DNA of 64,000 nt from the NCBI RefSeq assembly GCF_030028105.1, contig NC_092382.1, positions 42,440,246 to 42,504,245 of the forward strand, read 5' to 3'. The position numbers and the translations under genes were made by a program. Below, in pieces: positions 39,067 to 52,561 of this stretch (within the stretch, counting starts at the first letter, position 1; each line of letters starts with the position of its first letter). The stretch is from Mobula birostris. Taxonomy: Eukaryota. Below the pieces are notes generated by a model that worked only from the letters and a program-made list of their open reading frames with translations, searched no databases and had not been told where the DNA came from.

Positions 39067-39428
39067 ACATTTTCATATGATATAATCTGACTCTTCTGAA
39101 TCATTTTTTTAAACTTAAATTATATGATTAGAGGAGTGAAGTTGACGGCATTACTGAACGTGTCTGATACAAGATATTGGTCTAGCCCTGTTTTGTTCTT
39201 TTTTGGGTTTTTTTTTTGTTTTTTTCTTTTGGGGATTTTTTTGTTCATATATATTTTTTTCTTTTTATTTCTTTTTTTAATGACTAATTTCATTATGAGT
39301 TTTGAAGTCTTTTATATCTATGTTACTTAAAATCCGTTTTGTATTTGCTGATTAAGATTATTCCAATAACTTTGTACCAACTTTGTTATTAAGTTTATAA
39401 TTTTGAAAATTAATAAAAATATTTTAAA
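39067..39428 (+). mobile_element. L1/Tx1-type LINE 3' end with a 13-bp target-site duplication
   Basis: AGATTTAGTCTCA at 39054-39066 and 39429-39441. T-rich 3' UTR ending in AATAAA and an A-rich tail. Confidence 0.75.
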
Positions 39429-40699
39429 AGATTTAGTCTCATCCAAACTGAGGCTTTTCTTCCTCGGGTAAGGTGGCACTGAAACAAGTAATCATAGACT
39501 AATGGAAAAAGTTGAAATATTTAAGCGGAACATGAGGGGAAACATCTTCACGGAGGGGTCAGTGGGAGTCTGGAATGAGCTGTATGAAACAGTAGTAAAT
39601 GCAAGTTGAATATCAACATTCAGAAGACCCGCTGATGGGTACATGGATGCGAATGGAATGAAAGCGGCGGTTCTTGTGCAGACAAATGGGACTGGGCCAG
39701 ACAATATGCTGTCACAAATCAGAAGAGTGAGGCGGTCTACTTACGTGTGTGGTGTTCGATAGCTCTACGTCCTAACCCAAAGCGTCCTTTCCAGTATCTT
39801 TCCAACCCCTGACGTGAGACTCACTCGTCTATATTTTCCTGCATTATCAATTCCACTTCCTAATATTTATCACAGCTTTTCTGGGGTCTTGTTTGTGGCT
39901 GCAGAGAACGCAAATATACTGGTCTAGACCGCAGTAATCTCAACTCCTGCTTCTCGGAATAATATGCAGTAGAGCCCAGTGGGCCCTGAGAAATTACCCA
40001 GCTCACTGCTCTTTAGCACTATCTCTTCATTGGCCCCGAGCTTCCAAAACGAATCAGTTTTGGTAAGTACAGCATAGGAAACGTTTCTTCACAGACTTTT
40101 ACAGCAGGGAAAAGACCCTTCAGCGTGTATGCCATTACGATCTAGATGTACATTCAAACTAATTCATGTCCCAGAAGTGCTAGGTCAAAGGCAGGCAGAT
40201 GTGACTAATTTAAATGGACAGCAGTACGGTATGGAACGGTTGGGCCGAAGAGTCTGTGTCAACGCTGTAGAGGAAAGTTTCCTCCGAACAGTGACTCTAT
40301 TCCTCTCAATAGATCCTGGCTGACCTGCCAAGTTTCTTCAACAGTGTCATTAATTTCTACTTAGTATTCTGTGCAAAGGATCTTTTGTGCTGTAAGACTG
40401 CAGAGAAGATTCATCATGAATGTGGGGGCTTGTTCCATAATACGATAAGACCATAGGACTTGGGTGTAGAATTATGCCATTCAGCTCATCTAGTCAGCTC
40501 CGCTGATCCTAGATCCCACACTGAATCCCTTACACCTTGCCATATCTTTGGATGGCCTAACCGATCAAGTAATGATTAACTTCTTGATTATACACAAAAA
40601 TATAGACGGAAACTGTGCCTCCGACGAAGTCTGGGGCAGAGCGTTCCACAGATACACTACCCTCCGACTAACAAATTCCTCCTTCCCTCTCACAAATAA

Positions 40700-41245
40700 A
40701 GACGATGGAAATTCAAGTAAAAAGTGCTGGTAGATCTCAACGTCGGTAAAAGGACAGTTGACGTCTTGGGACGAGACCAGTCAGCAGGACTGGAGAAAAA
40801 AGGTGAGGTGTAGATTTAAAAAGGGAAACACAGGGTTATAGGTGAACCCGTGAGAGGAAGGGTTGAAATAAATAGCTGCGGAAGCTGATTGGTGAAAGAG
40901 GTCCGGAGCTGGAGAAGTCTGGCAGGTGAGAATAGAAGAGCATGGAAGAAAGAAAATCAGGTTGAAGCCCCAAAGGGAAGCGATTGGCGGGCAAGGAGAT
41001 AAGGAGAGAGACGGAAAAGGGGATGGGGCTTGGTGAAGGTAGGTGGGAGTGCCATTACCGGAAGTTTGGGAAATCGTCTTCATGCAATCAGCTCGGAGGC
41101 TGCCCCGACGGAATATAAGGTGTTGTTCCTCCAACCTGAGTATAGCCTCGTGGCGATAGTCGAGGAAGCCACGGATTGACATATTGGAATGGGAATGGGA
41201 AGTGGCATGAAACTAGGTGACCAATAGCAGATATCGCTTCTTCTA
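40700..41245 (-). mobile_element. Decayed PLE GIY-YIG C-terminus plus terminal repeat
   Basis: Minus ORF SIRGFLDYRHEAILRLEEQHLIFRRGSL matches 54800-54930; hammerhead-like segment at 40756-40791. Confidence 0.85.
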
Positions 41246-41280
41246 GGACCATGTTCTAATAGAGTATCTTGTGAGCATGA

Positions 41281-42152
41281 TGTAATGGTCCTGTGATGGT
41301 GTGGTGATGTAATTCTCCCGCCAGTGTGAGGTCATATGAATCAATTTTCCCGCCGGTGTGAAGTCACGTGATGGCCTGTTCCAACAGGTATAAACCGGGA
41401 AAGCCTTGCTGTGACGCAAGAGTTTTGTGTTGGTTGGTTCGTCGGTGTTTAGTTTGGCTGCGTATTCGTCTCATGACGCAGTTTCACTTCAGAACGGAGC
41501 TTTACTTCATATTTTAAGATGGAAAGGTTGCTGCTGGCAGTTTCACCAATCGCTGCCAGTCTTTGTTTGTAGCATCTTTGATTCGTCTTTACAGTCCAGT
41601 ATTGGAGAGTGAAAACCTTACCAATGTACGTGAACCCGAACGACTGGGGAAAGTTGCTGTCGTTCGGTAGTTTTATAAAGGATCGACCTTATTGAATCTT
41701 CGTTCAACAATAGTGGCCTACATCTGAGATAACATCTGCAAGAGCAGAAAAGTTTGGTGCAGTGTTCCCCTTCCAGAGAAGAAGGTCAGTTCCTTTAAAC
41801 CGTTTTATTTTCCTTCGTTGCGAATCCTTCGTACAAGGCATATTTCTGCTGGGATCAGCAGTAACGTCACGTATTCGAGGAATTCTGTACTTCAGGGAGG
41901 CCTCTCCTAATTGACTGTATAAATCACTCGAACTTTCCAATTTGCCACTTTAAGACTGTGTTCGCATTTACCACTGTAAGAACTATTCCAAAGTTTGCCG
42001 GTTTGTTAAATTGCCGTAGAGCAGTTTACTTCCGGTTAAATTAGTCTTTTTTTTTTACTTTTCACTATTTTTGATTAGTCTTTAATAAATGTTTATATTT
42101 GTTTATAAAAACCTGTCTCAATTCCATATCCATTGTTGTCGCCCACGTAACA
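41281..42152 (+). mobile_element. Solo-LTR-like element (TGTAA...TAACA)
   Basis: TG...CA ends, TATAAA at 41389-41394 and AATAAA at 42084-42089. No target duplication is visible, and the left boundary is uncertain. Confidence 0.6.
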
Positions 42153-45100
42153 CTGGTCATACCTCCTCTTACTTTCCCGATTCTGCTTGGCGGCAGCCGC
42201 CCCAGCCTATTTCGTAAGCCCTTTTCAGCTCTCTCCTCATATCAGACATATACTTCAGATAAGACTTCGGCTGCACCTCACCCGCGTCAATCCCGAAAAA
42301 GAGGTCAATGGGCAGCCTCGCCTCACGCCCAACCACCAGATAACAGGGCGAATACCCAGTAGCTTTATTGCTTGTACAGTTGTAACAGTGAAACAAATGT
42401 CCAATATGTTGACTCCTTCATTTCTTTTTGCTGACCTCCAGAGTCCCGAGTATGTCTAACAAGGTCTGATTAAACATCTCCGCCTGGGGACCGGCCTGCG
42501 GATGTTAAGGCGTGGTCCTCGATTCCTCAACTCCCAGCATGCCCAGTAACTCATAGATGAGCTTACTCTCAAAGTCCCGTCCTTGATCACTGTGTATCCG
42601 CCGGGGAAGGCCATAATGCAAGAAATACTCACCCATAACGCTTTTCCCACCGTAGTCGCCCTCTGGTCCTTGGTCGGAAGAGCCTGAGTATATCTGGTGT
42701 GGTGGTCCGTGATGACTGAGACATTCGCCGTGTTGCTGGCATCGGGTTCTATAGACAGAAAATCCATACACACCAGGTTCAAGGGCCCTGCACTCTGCAA
42801 GAGTGAGAAAGGAAGAGCCTTCACTGGCAGTGTTTTCCGGCGTATGCAGCGAATACACGACTTGCAGTACTCTGAAAACTCCGACTTCATTCGACGCAAG
42901 TAACACCTGTCCTTGAGTAGCCCATAGGTCTCCATCCTCAAATGTCTAGACTCATCGCGCAGTGACTTCAAGGCAATCTTCCGATACTTCTCAGGCAGGA
43001 CCAACTGCCAACACCGAGATCGGTCCGGGGATGACGTTACCCGGTATAAAATTTGTTTCCTCAACTTCAACCGAGGCCACTCCCTCAGTAACGGAGGCAC
43101 TGAAACGTGTTTCTTCTTCACCGCCCAGGCCATATCCCCCTTATCTACCGCATATCAAACGATGCCAATGCCCGGACCATCTCGCTGAGCAGCAGCCATT
43201 TCCCCCGGACTCAATTCCAGCAGCTGCTTGGTCTTCTAGCAGTCAGGTCACAGTAAACAGGGGGTAGGGCGTCGTCAGAAGCCCCCAGTGGGTCCACTGC
43301 GCGAACCGGCACCTCCTTTTCGTCGGCCTTCACAGTCATAGCGAACTGAAGCATGGCCTTCACCGCAGGGTCAGTAACGCTCTCCCACTCCTGGTCACTC
43401 TCCAGTTCCTGATGCACCCGTCGGGACAAAGCGTCGGCATCGACGTTCTGGCTCCCCGGCCGGTAGTTCAGGCTGAAATCATAAGACGACAAGGCCGCCA
43501 ACCACCGATGGCCTGCAGCATCCAATTCGCGGACGTCAGGATGTAAAGTGACCATGTAACAACAGTCCGTCTTCATCTCAAACTTGGCCTCGTAGAGACA
43601 GTCACTCAGCTTATCGACCATGCCCATTTCAACGGTAGGAACTCCAAATTGTGGGTGGTATAGTTCCTCTCGGAGGGCGACAAGCTCCGGATGACAAACG
43701 TTACAGGCCTCAACCGGCTACCCTGATCTTGATACAAGACAGTCCCTAATCCCCCTCGGCTGGCATCGGTGTGTAGTACATAAGGTAACCGGGGTTCCAC
43801 AAAAGCCAGCACCGGCGCCTGGGTCAGCAACTTTTTCAGCAATTTAAAAGCCTCCTTACATTTTGCATCCCACCTCCGTACGAAAGGTTCCGCTCGGTAG
43901 AGATAATCTCTGGTCTGCATTCTCCTTTTCCTTTTCTGCCCCAAGGGAGGGTAACCAGGCCGAAGCTGGTTCAAGGGGTGACTGACTTTGGCGTAGCCCT
44001 TCACGAATCTCCGGCTACGTTGTCATCGCTTCTATCTTAGCCGGGTATTAACTACTCCATCCCGCGAGATTATGTGCCCAACATAGCTAACATACGTCTT
44101 GCAGAACTGGCACTTGTCCAGGGAGAGTTTTAACCCTTCCTCATTCAGTCGGCTTAGCACCTTCAGTAGCCTCGCTTTATGCTCTTCCAAGGTGTATCTA
44201 AATACTATCAAGTCATCCAAGTACACCAACACATCAAACAAATTCATATCCCCCACCTTCTTCCACATGACCCTCTGGAAAGTGACAGGGGCTCCCAATA
44301 TGTCCTGGGGTATTCTTTCAAACTGGGAAAATCCCAGAGGGCATATAAATGCCATCTTCTCTTTATCGGCATCGCTCATCGAGATCTGGTAGTATCCACT
44401 CCTCAAATCCAGAACACTGAACCACTTCGCTCCACTGGGACAGGTCAGCATATCTTCGACGCTCCGGACTGTATACTGGTCGGGGACAGTGCGCCGGTTT
44501 AGAGTCCTATTGTCCACACACATGCATCCCTATCCGTTCTTCTTCCGGGCCATTACTATTGGAGATGCATAAGGGCTTCGTGATTCAGAGATGATCCCTG
44601 CTTCCTTCAACTTACGCAGGTGCTGGCGCACATTTTCCACATCGGCAGGGGACAATCGCCGCGACCTCTCTCTGATCGGCGTGTCCTCAGTCACCCGGAT
44701 GGTGCGGCGAGTACTCTTGAAACAACCCACATCGAAATCGCCAAGGGAAAAAACATCTTCCAGCTGCAACATCTTCTCCACCAGCCTCTTCTTCCAACCC
44801 TGCGGCACCGGCGAGTTCCCAAAGTTAAAAGCCTCAGCAGTCAGCTTCTCTATGTTTTCCAATCGTATCCCTCCAGCAGGCCTCAAGGGGGCGCTCGACA
44901 TTACAGTTACCGGGCACAAATGTGCCAGCGGCAACCCTCTCTTAAAGGAGATTTCTCTCATTGTGCTGTTCTGACAATCACAGAAATCCTGTTCGCCTGT
45001 ACCACCGAGAGCCTCTGCACTTCGGGCCTCACCAGCAACCCAGCCGGAAATCTTTCCTCCCCCTCGAGGTCCACTAAAAGGCCTCACCATCAAGCACACA

Positions 45101-45930
45101 GGGAAATCTGGGGGGTTCCCATCACCCTCGCTACATCCCCGGGCCTTATTGCCTTAGGCTTCGACTGGGTAGACCACACAGTCCCTCGCTTACGTTCAGT
45201 ATCCGGCCCAGGGTGGCTCCGCACTGCCACAAAAGCAGCTCGAAACATTGGGTGCACAGACCGGGTCTCGAAAAAGTTTTCACCCGCCCTTTCCTGGCAG
45301 GCCCCCATGAGCCTCCGCACTACAGGGGTGTTGGTCCCCACAAGAATTGAAGCACCCCCCGTCTCAACCGGGTCCGGACAAACCAGCATTAACGTCTCCC
45401 GAACTTCGGACAACCCCACATCGGCTACTGAAAACTCCAGTCTCTCTGACAAATGCGCGTCATACGCATAATCACCAGCACTGACGCGCCAGTTCTCCAG
45501 TGCACTGAATGGGGTCACGGACAAATGCTTTAAACACTGGTTGTAAAACCAACGGTATAGTAACGCGACCTGCGACCCCGTATAGCGGCACGCTGGATCG
45601 GGGACCCATTACTCCTTCTGGAATCGGGTCTTTCGCTTTCGGGGTTCCTTGGTACATCGCTGGGAACGTGTTCCCCCCGAGACACCAGACCGTTCCCTCA
45701 CTGGGTCTGCTCTAAATTTCCCGACACCTCTCCCTGCTTGGATGCCCGGGGACTCCCCCTCGGAGGGATTCCCTGCTGCCCACATTTCTGCTGGAAGTGA
45801 CCCTCTTCCCCACAGTTATAGCGCACCCCGTGCCACTCACATTCTCTCCAAAAATGTCCCTCTTTACCGCAGTTATAGCACACGCTAACGACCATCCCTC
45901 TTCTCGCGGACCCCCCCCCCCACCACCACT
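42153..45930 (-). mobile_element. Ty3/Gypsy retrotransposon internal region (gag knuckle, PR, RT, RNase H, IN), frameshifted
   Basis: CYNCGKEGHFWREC knuckle; SPYASPIV, LDLRSGYYQI and YLDD (RT); LHTDAS..GLG.VL.Q and ERNY..LEFL (RNase H); CKSCIRC and VCMDF..HSDQG (IN). The PR-RT-RH-IN order is that of Gypsy. Confidence 0.95.
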
Positions 45931-46792
45931 CGCAGCCTTCTGACACAGTGAGAACTCTACACTCAAAAAAAATATATTTAAAAAAAAACAATAAAAGTCT
46001 AAGACTTGGAGACGATAAATGCATAAAATTCCAACAGAAACAAGGAACAGTCAAGCTTATTACATCATCCTGCAGTAGTTAAACTCATTCCGATTACTTA
46101 CACAAGGATAATCAAGTGGAAATCATCACTCACGAAAATCTTGCTTTAAAACATAATCTTTTACTCCTCTTCCAGCATTAATCTGGGTTATATCCTGACC
46201 ACGCAAGAGGATATAACGCTGCCTTCACAAACTTCAAGACTACTCTCACTGGCGAATACGGAAGTAAAGTCATCATTAAGGACTTGCCCCACCTCGCCGA
46301 CTCCAGCGCATGTTTTATCTTCTATCCCTGACCCGAACTACCCTCACTCTCTTCATCCTCTTCACAACGTCTTGGGGGTTTTCATAATCCTACTCGCCAA
46401 GACCTGGCCTGATGACGGAGAGGGAAGTAGGAGTTAACAGAGAGGGGAAGAGAGGTGATGGTCACGAAGACGGGCTGGCAGGAGGCAGAGCAAGGATACG
46501 ATTTGGGAAGGTGTGGGTTCGACGAGACTGGAATGGAGGGTTTAGCGAGACAGGAAGGGTTGAATGTTTCCGAAGGACTTTAGAATCGTGGAAATGCAAA
46601 TCCCAGAAAGCCCTCGAGACACTCAAGGTATGTAAGCCTTTTCTTCGACTCACGCTTCCCACCTTCCCTCATCCCAGTCTCTTTCAACCCCCAGTGTCTA
46701 TCACCCTCTCCAGTCTTTTCATCTCTCGTCTTCCTGTTTCCCCCAGATATTTCCGCTCTATCTCGCCTCTAAAACAATCTTTCTCTACCCTC

Positions 46793-48178
46793 ACAAACAA
46801 GAGGAAAGCTGCAGATGCTGGAAATCGGAATAACACACACAAAATTCTGCATGAACTCAGCATGCCAGGCAGCACCTATGGAGAAGAGTACAGTGGTTGT
46901 TTCGGACCGACATCCTTCGGAAAGAGTGGGGGAAAAGCTGAGGAGTAGATTTAAAAGGTGGGGGATGTGAGAGAGAAATACCAGTTGATAGGTGAAACCT
47001 GGAGGGGTAGGGATGAAGTAAGAAGCTGGGATGTTGATTGTTGGAAGAAGTTGGAGGCCCTCAGCAATTCTTTACCTTACAACCCCTCCCCACTTTTTGC
47101 TTTCCGCAGGGATCGCTCCCTACACGATTCCCTTGTCCATCTGCCCCTTCCCCTAATCTCCTCTGGCCACTTATCCTTGCAAGCGGATCAAGCACTACAC
47201 CTGTCCATACATCTCCTCCCGCACTACCATTCAGGGCCTGAAACAGTACCTCCAGGTGAGGCAACATTTCGATATTGTTGGATTCAGTTACTGTGTCCTC
47301 CTGCATATCGGTGACATATAACACTGTCTGGGAGACTGCTTTGTTTAGTATCTACGCTCTCGTCGCCAGATCAAGCGAGATCTCTCAGTGGCCACCCATT
47401 TTAATTCGTCGTCCCATTCTCATCCCGATATGTCTATCTATGGCCTCCTCCACTGTTGCGATGAGGCCACACTTAGGCTGAAGGAACAAAACCTTGCATT
47501 GCGTTTGGATAGCCTCCAATCTGATCGCATGAACATCAATTTCTCAAACTTCTGGCAATGCCCACGGCCGGCTTTCACCGTACTCCATCCCCTTTCTTTA
47601 GGTCAGAGGAAATGTCAGGGGTAAGTTTTTTTGTATATATACAGAGAGTGGTGAGTGCGTGGAATGGGCTGCCGACAACCGTGCTGGAGGCGGAAGCGAT
47701 GGCGCCTTTTAAGAGATTCCTGGATGGAGCTTGGAAAAAATAGAGGGTTATAGGTAAGCGTAGGTAGTTCTAAAGTAAGGACATGTTCGGCACAGATTTG
47801 TGTACCGAAGGGCCTGTATTGTGCTGTCGGTTTTCTATGTTTCTGTATTTCTATGTTTCTATGTTTCCCCCCTCTCACCTTATCTCTTGCCAGCCCACTG
47901 CCTCCCTGTTGTGCTCCTGCCGTCTCTTTCATTCCTCAATGTCCCGGTGTCACTATCACCGATCAACTTCCAGGCTCCTTACTGCAGCCCTCCCCATTCA
48001 GGTTTCACCTGTCACCCAGTGTTTCTCTCTCCCCGCACACCCCCCTACCTTTTAAATTCACTCCTCAGCACTTTTTACTCCAGTCTTGCCGAAGGGTTTC
48101 TGCCCGGAACGTCAACTGTACGTTTTCCCATAGATCTGCCTGGGCTGCTGAGTTTCTCCGGCATTTTGCATGTGTCTC
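46793..48178. mobile_element. Decayed PLE with an inverted terminal repeat (minus 46793-47050; plus 47055-48178) and a CR1 3' end inserted at about 47605-47865
   Basis: Motifs AFRRDRSLHDSLVH and ATHFNSSSHSHPDMSIYGLLHCCDEATLRLKEQ. Hammerhead-like segments at 46891-46927 (-) and 48082-48117 (+). Confidence 0.85.
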
Positions 48179-48179
48179 T

Positions 48180-48689
48180 CTCCCGTTGTCAATCTCTGCA
48201 CGCCCACTCTCCAACCCTGGACCCTCGTTGTGCCACCACCCCACCCCCTTCTCGCTATCCTCCCACTCTCTCTTATTCTTACTTTTCCCGAAGTCCCTAA
48301 CTCCCAGTCGCTCTCTACCAATCCCTCCCGCTGTCTCTCTCAGTCCATTCTCCCACATTCCTTCCACTCTGTCTCTCGCCTTCAGTTTCTCTTTTCCCAC
48401 TCTGTCACTCTCGACCATTCAAGCCCTGGTCTCTCTCACTCCGAATATCCTCGTCCCTCTTTCCCTTCTCTCTATCCCCCAGTCTGTCTCTCCACAGTCT
48501 CGCTCCTTCTCTCACTCAGTTTATCTCTCTCTCCCTTAGTCTGTCGCCCTCTGCCCTTTATCCTCACCTAAACTCTCGCCCCTGTATCAGTCTCTGCTTT
48601 CCACACTTCCCGTCCCTCTCCCACGTTTCTCTCCCCAGTCTCTCTCTCATTCTCTCACCAATATCTCTGTCCCCCAGATTCTCTTTTCT
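48180..48689. repeat. CT-rich polypyrimidine low-complexity tract
   Basis: (CT)n-like composition running up to the gap. Confidence 0.85.
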
Positions 48690-48843
48690 NNNNNNNNNNN
48701 NNNNNNNNNNNNNNNNNNNNNNNNNNNNNNNNNNNNNNNNNNNNNNNNNNNNNNNNNNNNNNNNNNNNNNNNNNNNNNNNNNNNNNNNNNNNNNNNNNNN
48801 NNNNNNNNNNNNNNNNNNNNNNNNNNNNNNNNNNNNNNNNNNN
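48690..48843. other. Assembly gap (N run)
   Basis: Run of N bases. Confidence 1.
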
Positions 48844-50337
48844 CCTTCACGGTCACTTCCCCATCCCTGTAGTGCTAAGCATTTCTCCACAACAGGTTTA
48901 TCTAATACGAAGCGCATGTGCAAGGCTTACTCTAAATTCGTGAAGACTGCTAATCCTCTTTTTTGTTTCATTCTTATACAAAAGACTGAAATAACAAATG
49001 AGTTGCTTTTATTACCGATTTGGTCTTGAATGCCGTCAGATCCTGACCTGCCCTAGCCTAGGGTGTTTTGGAAAACTACAGCGGAGATGGTTTTGCCCTT
49101 ATCGAAGAGCAGGGAATCGAAAGGCCAGGAGGCAGCTGACGTTATATAAGGGATGCAGCGATGTGCCGGGGAACAATTGGGACATGAGTCAGCTCATGAT
49201 GGGATTCAGATGACAAAGTTTACTTGCAGTGAGACGACAGAAAGATGTTCAATTTGACAGAGTAGGCAATGACGTAACAGGGGAGTGGGACATGCACTTC
49301 GGAGTCATGGATTGAAGGTTTTTTTTAACCGGAGGGAAAACTCAGGAAGACGAGATGGACATTGACTTATGAGTTCAACTTCCGGATGTCGGTAAGGTTA
49401 TTTCGGCTGTAACGAAAGTAAATTCAATGCTGGCTTGTATTTCAAGTGAGATCAAATTTAATTCCACTGATCGTGTAAGTTCTCTGTACTTAAGAAAAAA
49501 AAAGTTGAATAGTTCTTGATGTTCAGAGTGTTAACGGTTTCTGAGAGACGCGAGCAGACTGGGGTTGACAAACAGGTCACCCAGGAAAGAACGGCAGAGG
49601 AACTAATGACCCAGTTATCCTTCGGTCCAATGGTCTTATCTCATGTCATTCGGCCGAGTTAATTAACAATGATCCCTTTTCTCAAAGTATTGATAAAGTG
49701 CCTAACGAGAGCTCCTACCGCGTTGCGTTCATTGAACGTCTTTCCTACCCGGTATAACACACCCTGGGAGTGTCCAAGGAAGAAAGGCGCCTTTCTCACA
49801 AGGACATCAATAGACCTTCAGAAATAGACTTTATGCAGATGCTAATTGGACCCTGGACAGTCATTGCTTGTACGAGTAAACACACCACGATTTTGATGCC
49901 AGCTCATTGGACACCGTCAGTTGAAGTTAGGATATTTGTATACGTGGATGTGGCCTTTTCATAGTATGTTGGATGCAATCAGTTAAATCTTTTTGCGGCG
50001 CTGTCTCTTCTCTCCCAGCACGTACCAGGCTCGATCAGATCACTGAGAGTTCCGCCCGTTCACTTTGCGATGGAAAATTGACGGATGTGCATTTACTATA
50101 CCCGCAGGATACATTGTCGGGAGGTGCAGCGGTGACGACAGCGGGAGTATGGTGAACAAATAAATCTAAACTTTGGATGAGTTTAATAACTGGTAGGAGG
50201 TGGATGTCGTGGCCGTTCTTGTGCTGTGTCTCTCTCGGCCACTCAGCCAGTTTTATTCTCACGCTGCTACGTTCTCCAGTGACCGGCAGTGTTGCAGTGT
50301 CAAGATGGAACACACTGTGATTGCCAGGGAGACAAAC

Positions 50338-52488
50338 TTAGATATTTTGTTTAATTAGTTTAACAATTGACGTGAGCGGATATTTCGCTGCGCTGATGAA
50401 CTGCTCTCTGAACTTAGACTTAGTTACCCCAAAATTAAAAGTGTTTGCGCAGCAACTTAATATCATCAGCATGTCTCCGGACTGTTCAAATATGTATTCC
50501 GAATAGTTGTAATTACTTGGATCCAATCGGGCAATGGTGATGTAAAGAAATTCGGCAACACTCACCGACCACAGGATTTTGAAGCTTCCGGAGATGGTGA
50601 GAAGTAAGATCACAGACCTCCTCCTGCTCTCCATCTCCGGGTCACTGCTGTTCTCCGCCTTGCTCTGACCCCTCAGCCCCTTACGGACACGACTAATCAC
50701 TAAAATGTGTCTGACTGTCAGAGCGTTGAACAGGAGTTTAGCACGAACGGGAGTAATGGCGTTAGGACGGTAGAAAATCAGCTATATCCCACCCCCCGGG
50801 ATCCGTATCGTGGCCCGGCTTTCGAATACAGTCCCAGGGTATATTGTTGATCACTTTCGCGGGACGATATATAAAGAAGTTAGACATATTTTTAAAACAG
50901 AGAAGGACGCCGGTTGCTGTCAGAACCGCAGCCGCAGTTTTCCCGGTGCAATATTTTGTTTTCCACTTCGAGCAGCATATGGCGACAATCCGATCAAACA
51001 TAAAAGTGACGGTGAACCAGACAGAACTTTCTGTTGCTGCCTCTCCCAGGACGGAGATCACACTGCACACGGGGGTGATGTCCAGGAAAGTCCCGGGGAA
51101 GTAATAATAACCGACCCGCCACAATATCACCGCAAACACGATGGTCAGTAGATCCGCCGCTGCCGTGGCCACCAGGTAGAGAGTGGCGCAGGTGGAGAGG
51201 CCGCACTTTCCCCGGGACAGGATCACCATCGCCACTAAATTCACTGGGAAACAAGCAAAGATAATAAATGAATTACTGTCTCTCTGCTCCACGGTCCTCA
51301 GGGTAGAGATAAGCTGGAAACTGAGAATAACCAAACTTTTCAGATAGCACATTTCTGGAGATTTAAAAATAGTAAAGTACAACTCGCAGATGCGTCAAAG
51401 GAGTGCATGCTTGTTGAAAGGGTACTGTACTCGGTACTGGGAGAAGAGCAGGATCTGGGAAACAGGCATTGTCAACTGAACGCCGAGGGAGCTTTAGAGC
51501 GATTAATATAAAACGGCCACCATCAGGGATTTGATTGATGGGTAAAGCCTCGATACCTCGGCGAATTTCTCAGTGATAGTGATTCCCGCCACCTTTATTC
51601 TGGCGATCCCCTTACACAACGAATCCTGCTACCTCCACCTCTGTCCATTTACAGGTTTCAAACTCGAAAGCGAATTGATTTCCCCTTCTGCATGTCTTCG
51701 TCTCCTTCTCGACTCCCTTTTGCCACTTCCCACGGAAGCTTGGCCTCGCTTCTTTTTAATTTCTGTAAATTTGGCCCGGGTTCTTTCACGCCGTGTCAAG
51801 GTTAACCAATCAGGAAGTTTCAATATTCGCTTTTGAAGATTTTGCCTGGCTCTTTGAAACTTACAGTTATTTTGAACGTTCATGGATAAACACAAAATAC
51901 TCTGCAGATGCTGGGGTCTCCGCCAAAAACGTGTTGTGAGTGTAACTCTCAAGCGATGTCAACCGTTCTCCCCTGGATCTCACCGGTGATTATTTTCCTA
52001 CATTCCCTTCCAAATTGCAGCAAGTTCTTAAAACACAATGCAATACCTTTAAATTGGAACTTAAAACGTGTTCCATTATGGATCCGAAATAACAACAATA
52101 ACCCGTAAAGGTGGCGAGCGCTCTGCATTATCAGAATTTACTTTGAAAGCGGTTTTGCATCGATAAATCAAAACTGCCTGCTATGAATTCACAAAATAAA
52201 TACCTAACCTGAAGTTTCCACTCTACATCTATTTCAACTGTCGGTGTATTTCAGCTAAAGCCACGCGTTAAACTGCAAGGGAACGTCTGAATGAACACAG
52301 GGATAGTCGCAATGTCTGCACCACATTCACTAATACAACCGTGTCGCAAGGCTTTCGATAACTGAACAAGTCCCGAAACCGTGCACAAACAACAGCAAAT
52401 GTTAGTTCACCTGTGTTCTTACCAGGGACACCAATGACTGCAATGATCATGAAGTATCTCTTTCTCACACGGTAAAATGCTGTGTGAT
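50338..52488 (-). pseudogene. Two-exon class A GPCR pseudogene, GPR139/GPR142-like family (exon 1 about 52488-52423; exon 2 51243-50338)
   Basis: Donor CCTG|GTAAG and acceptor TTTCCCAG|TG splice to give IIAVIGVPVNLVAMVILSRGKCGLS..YLVATAAADL..FDRIVAICC..DPEMESRRRS..CCANTF. Lesions: two 1-nt deletions (about 50795 and 50738), TGA at 50780-50778, and a probably lost ATG. Confidence 0.85.
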
Positions 52489-52561
52489 ATTCAATCCGTC
52501 TTCCAGCTGCCCGCGATCTCGCTGAAGAATCTCTGAGCTGATGAATCTCCGCGGTCGTTAA

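Noticed and set aside
44620-45471. 283-aa plus-strand ORF
   Set aside because: It is the antisense shadow of GC-rich Gypsy pol and has no recognisable motif.
47800-48689. Overlapping Ser/Leu/Pro-rich ORFs
   Set aside because: Produced by the PLE terminal repeat and the CT-rich low-complexity sequence.
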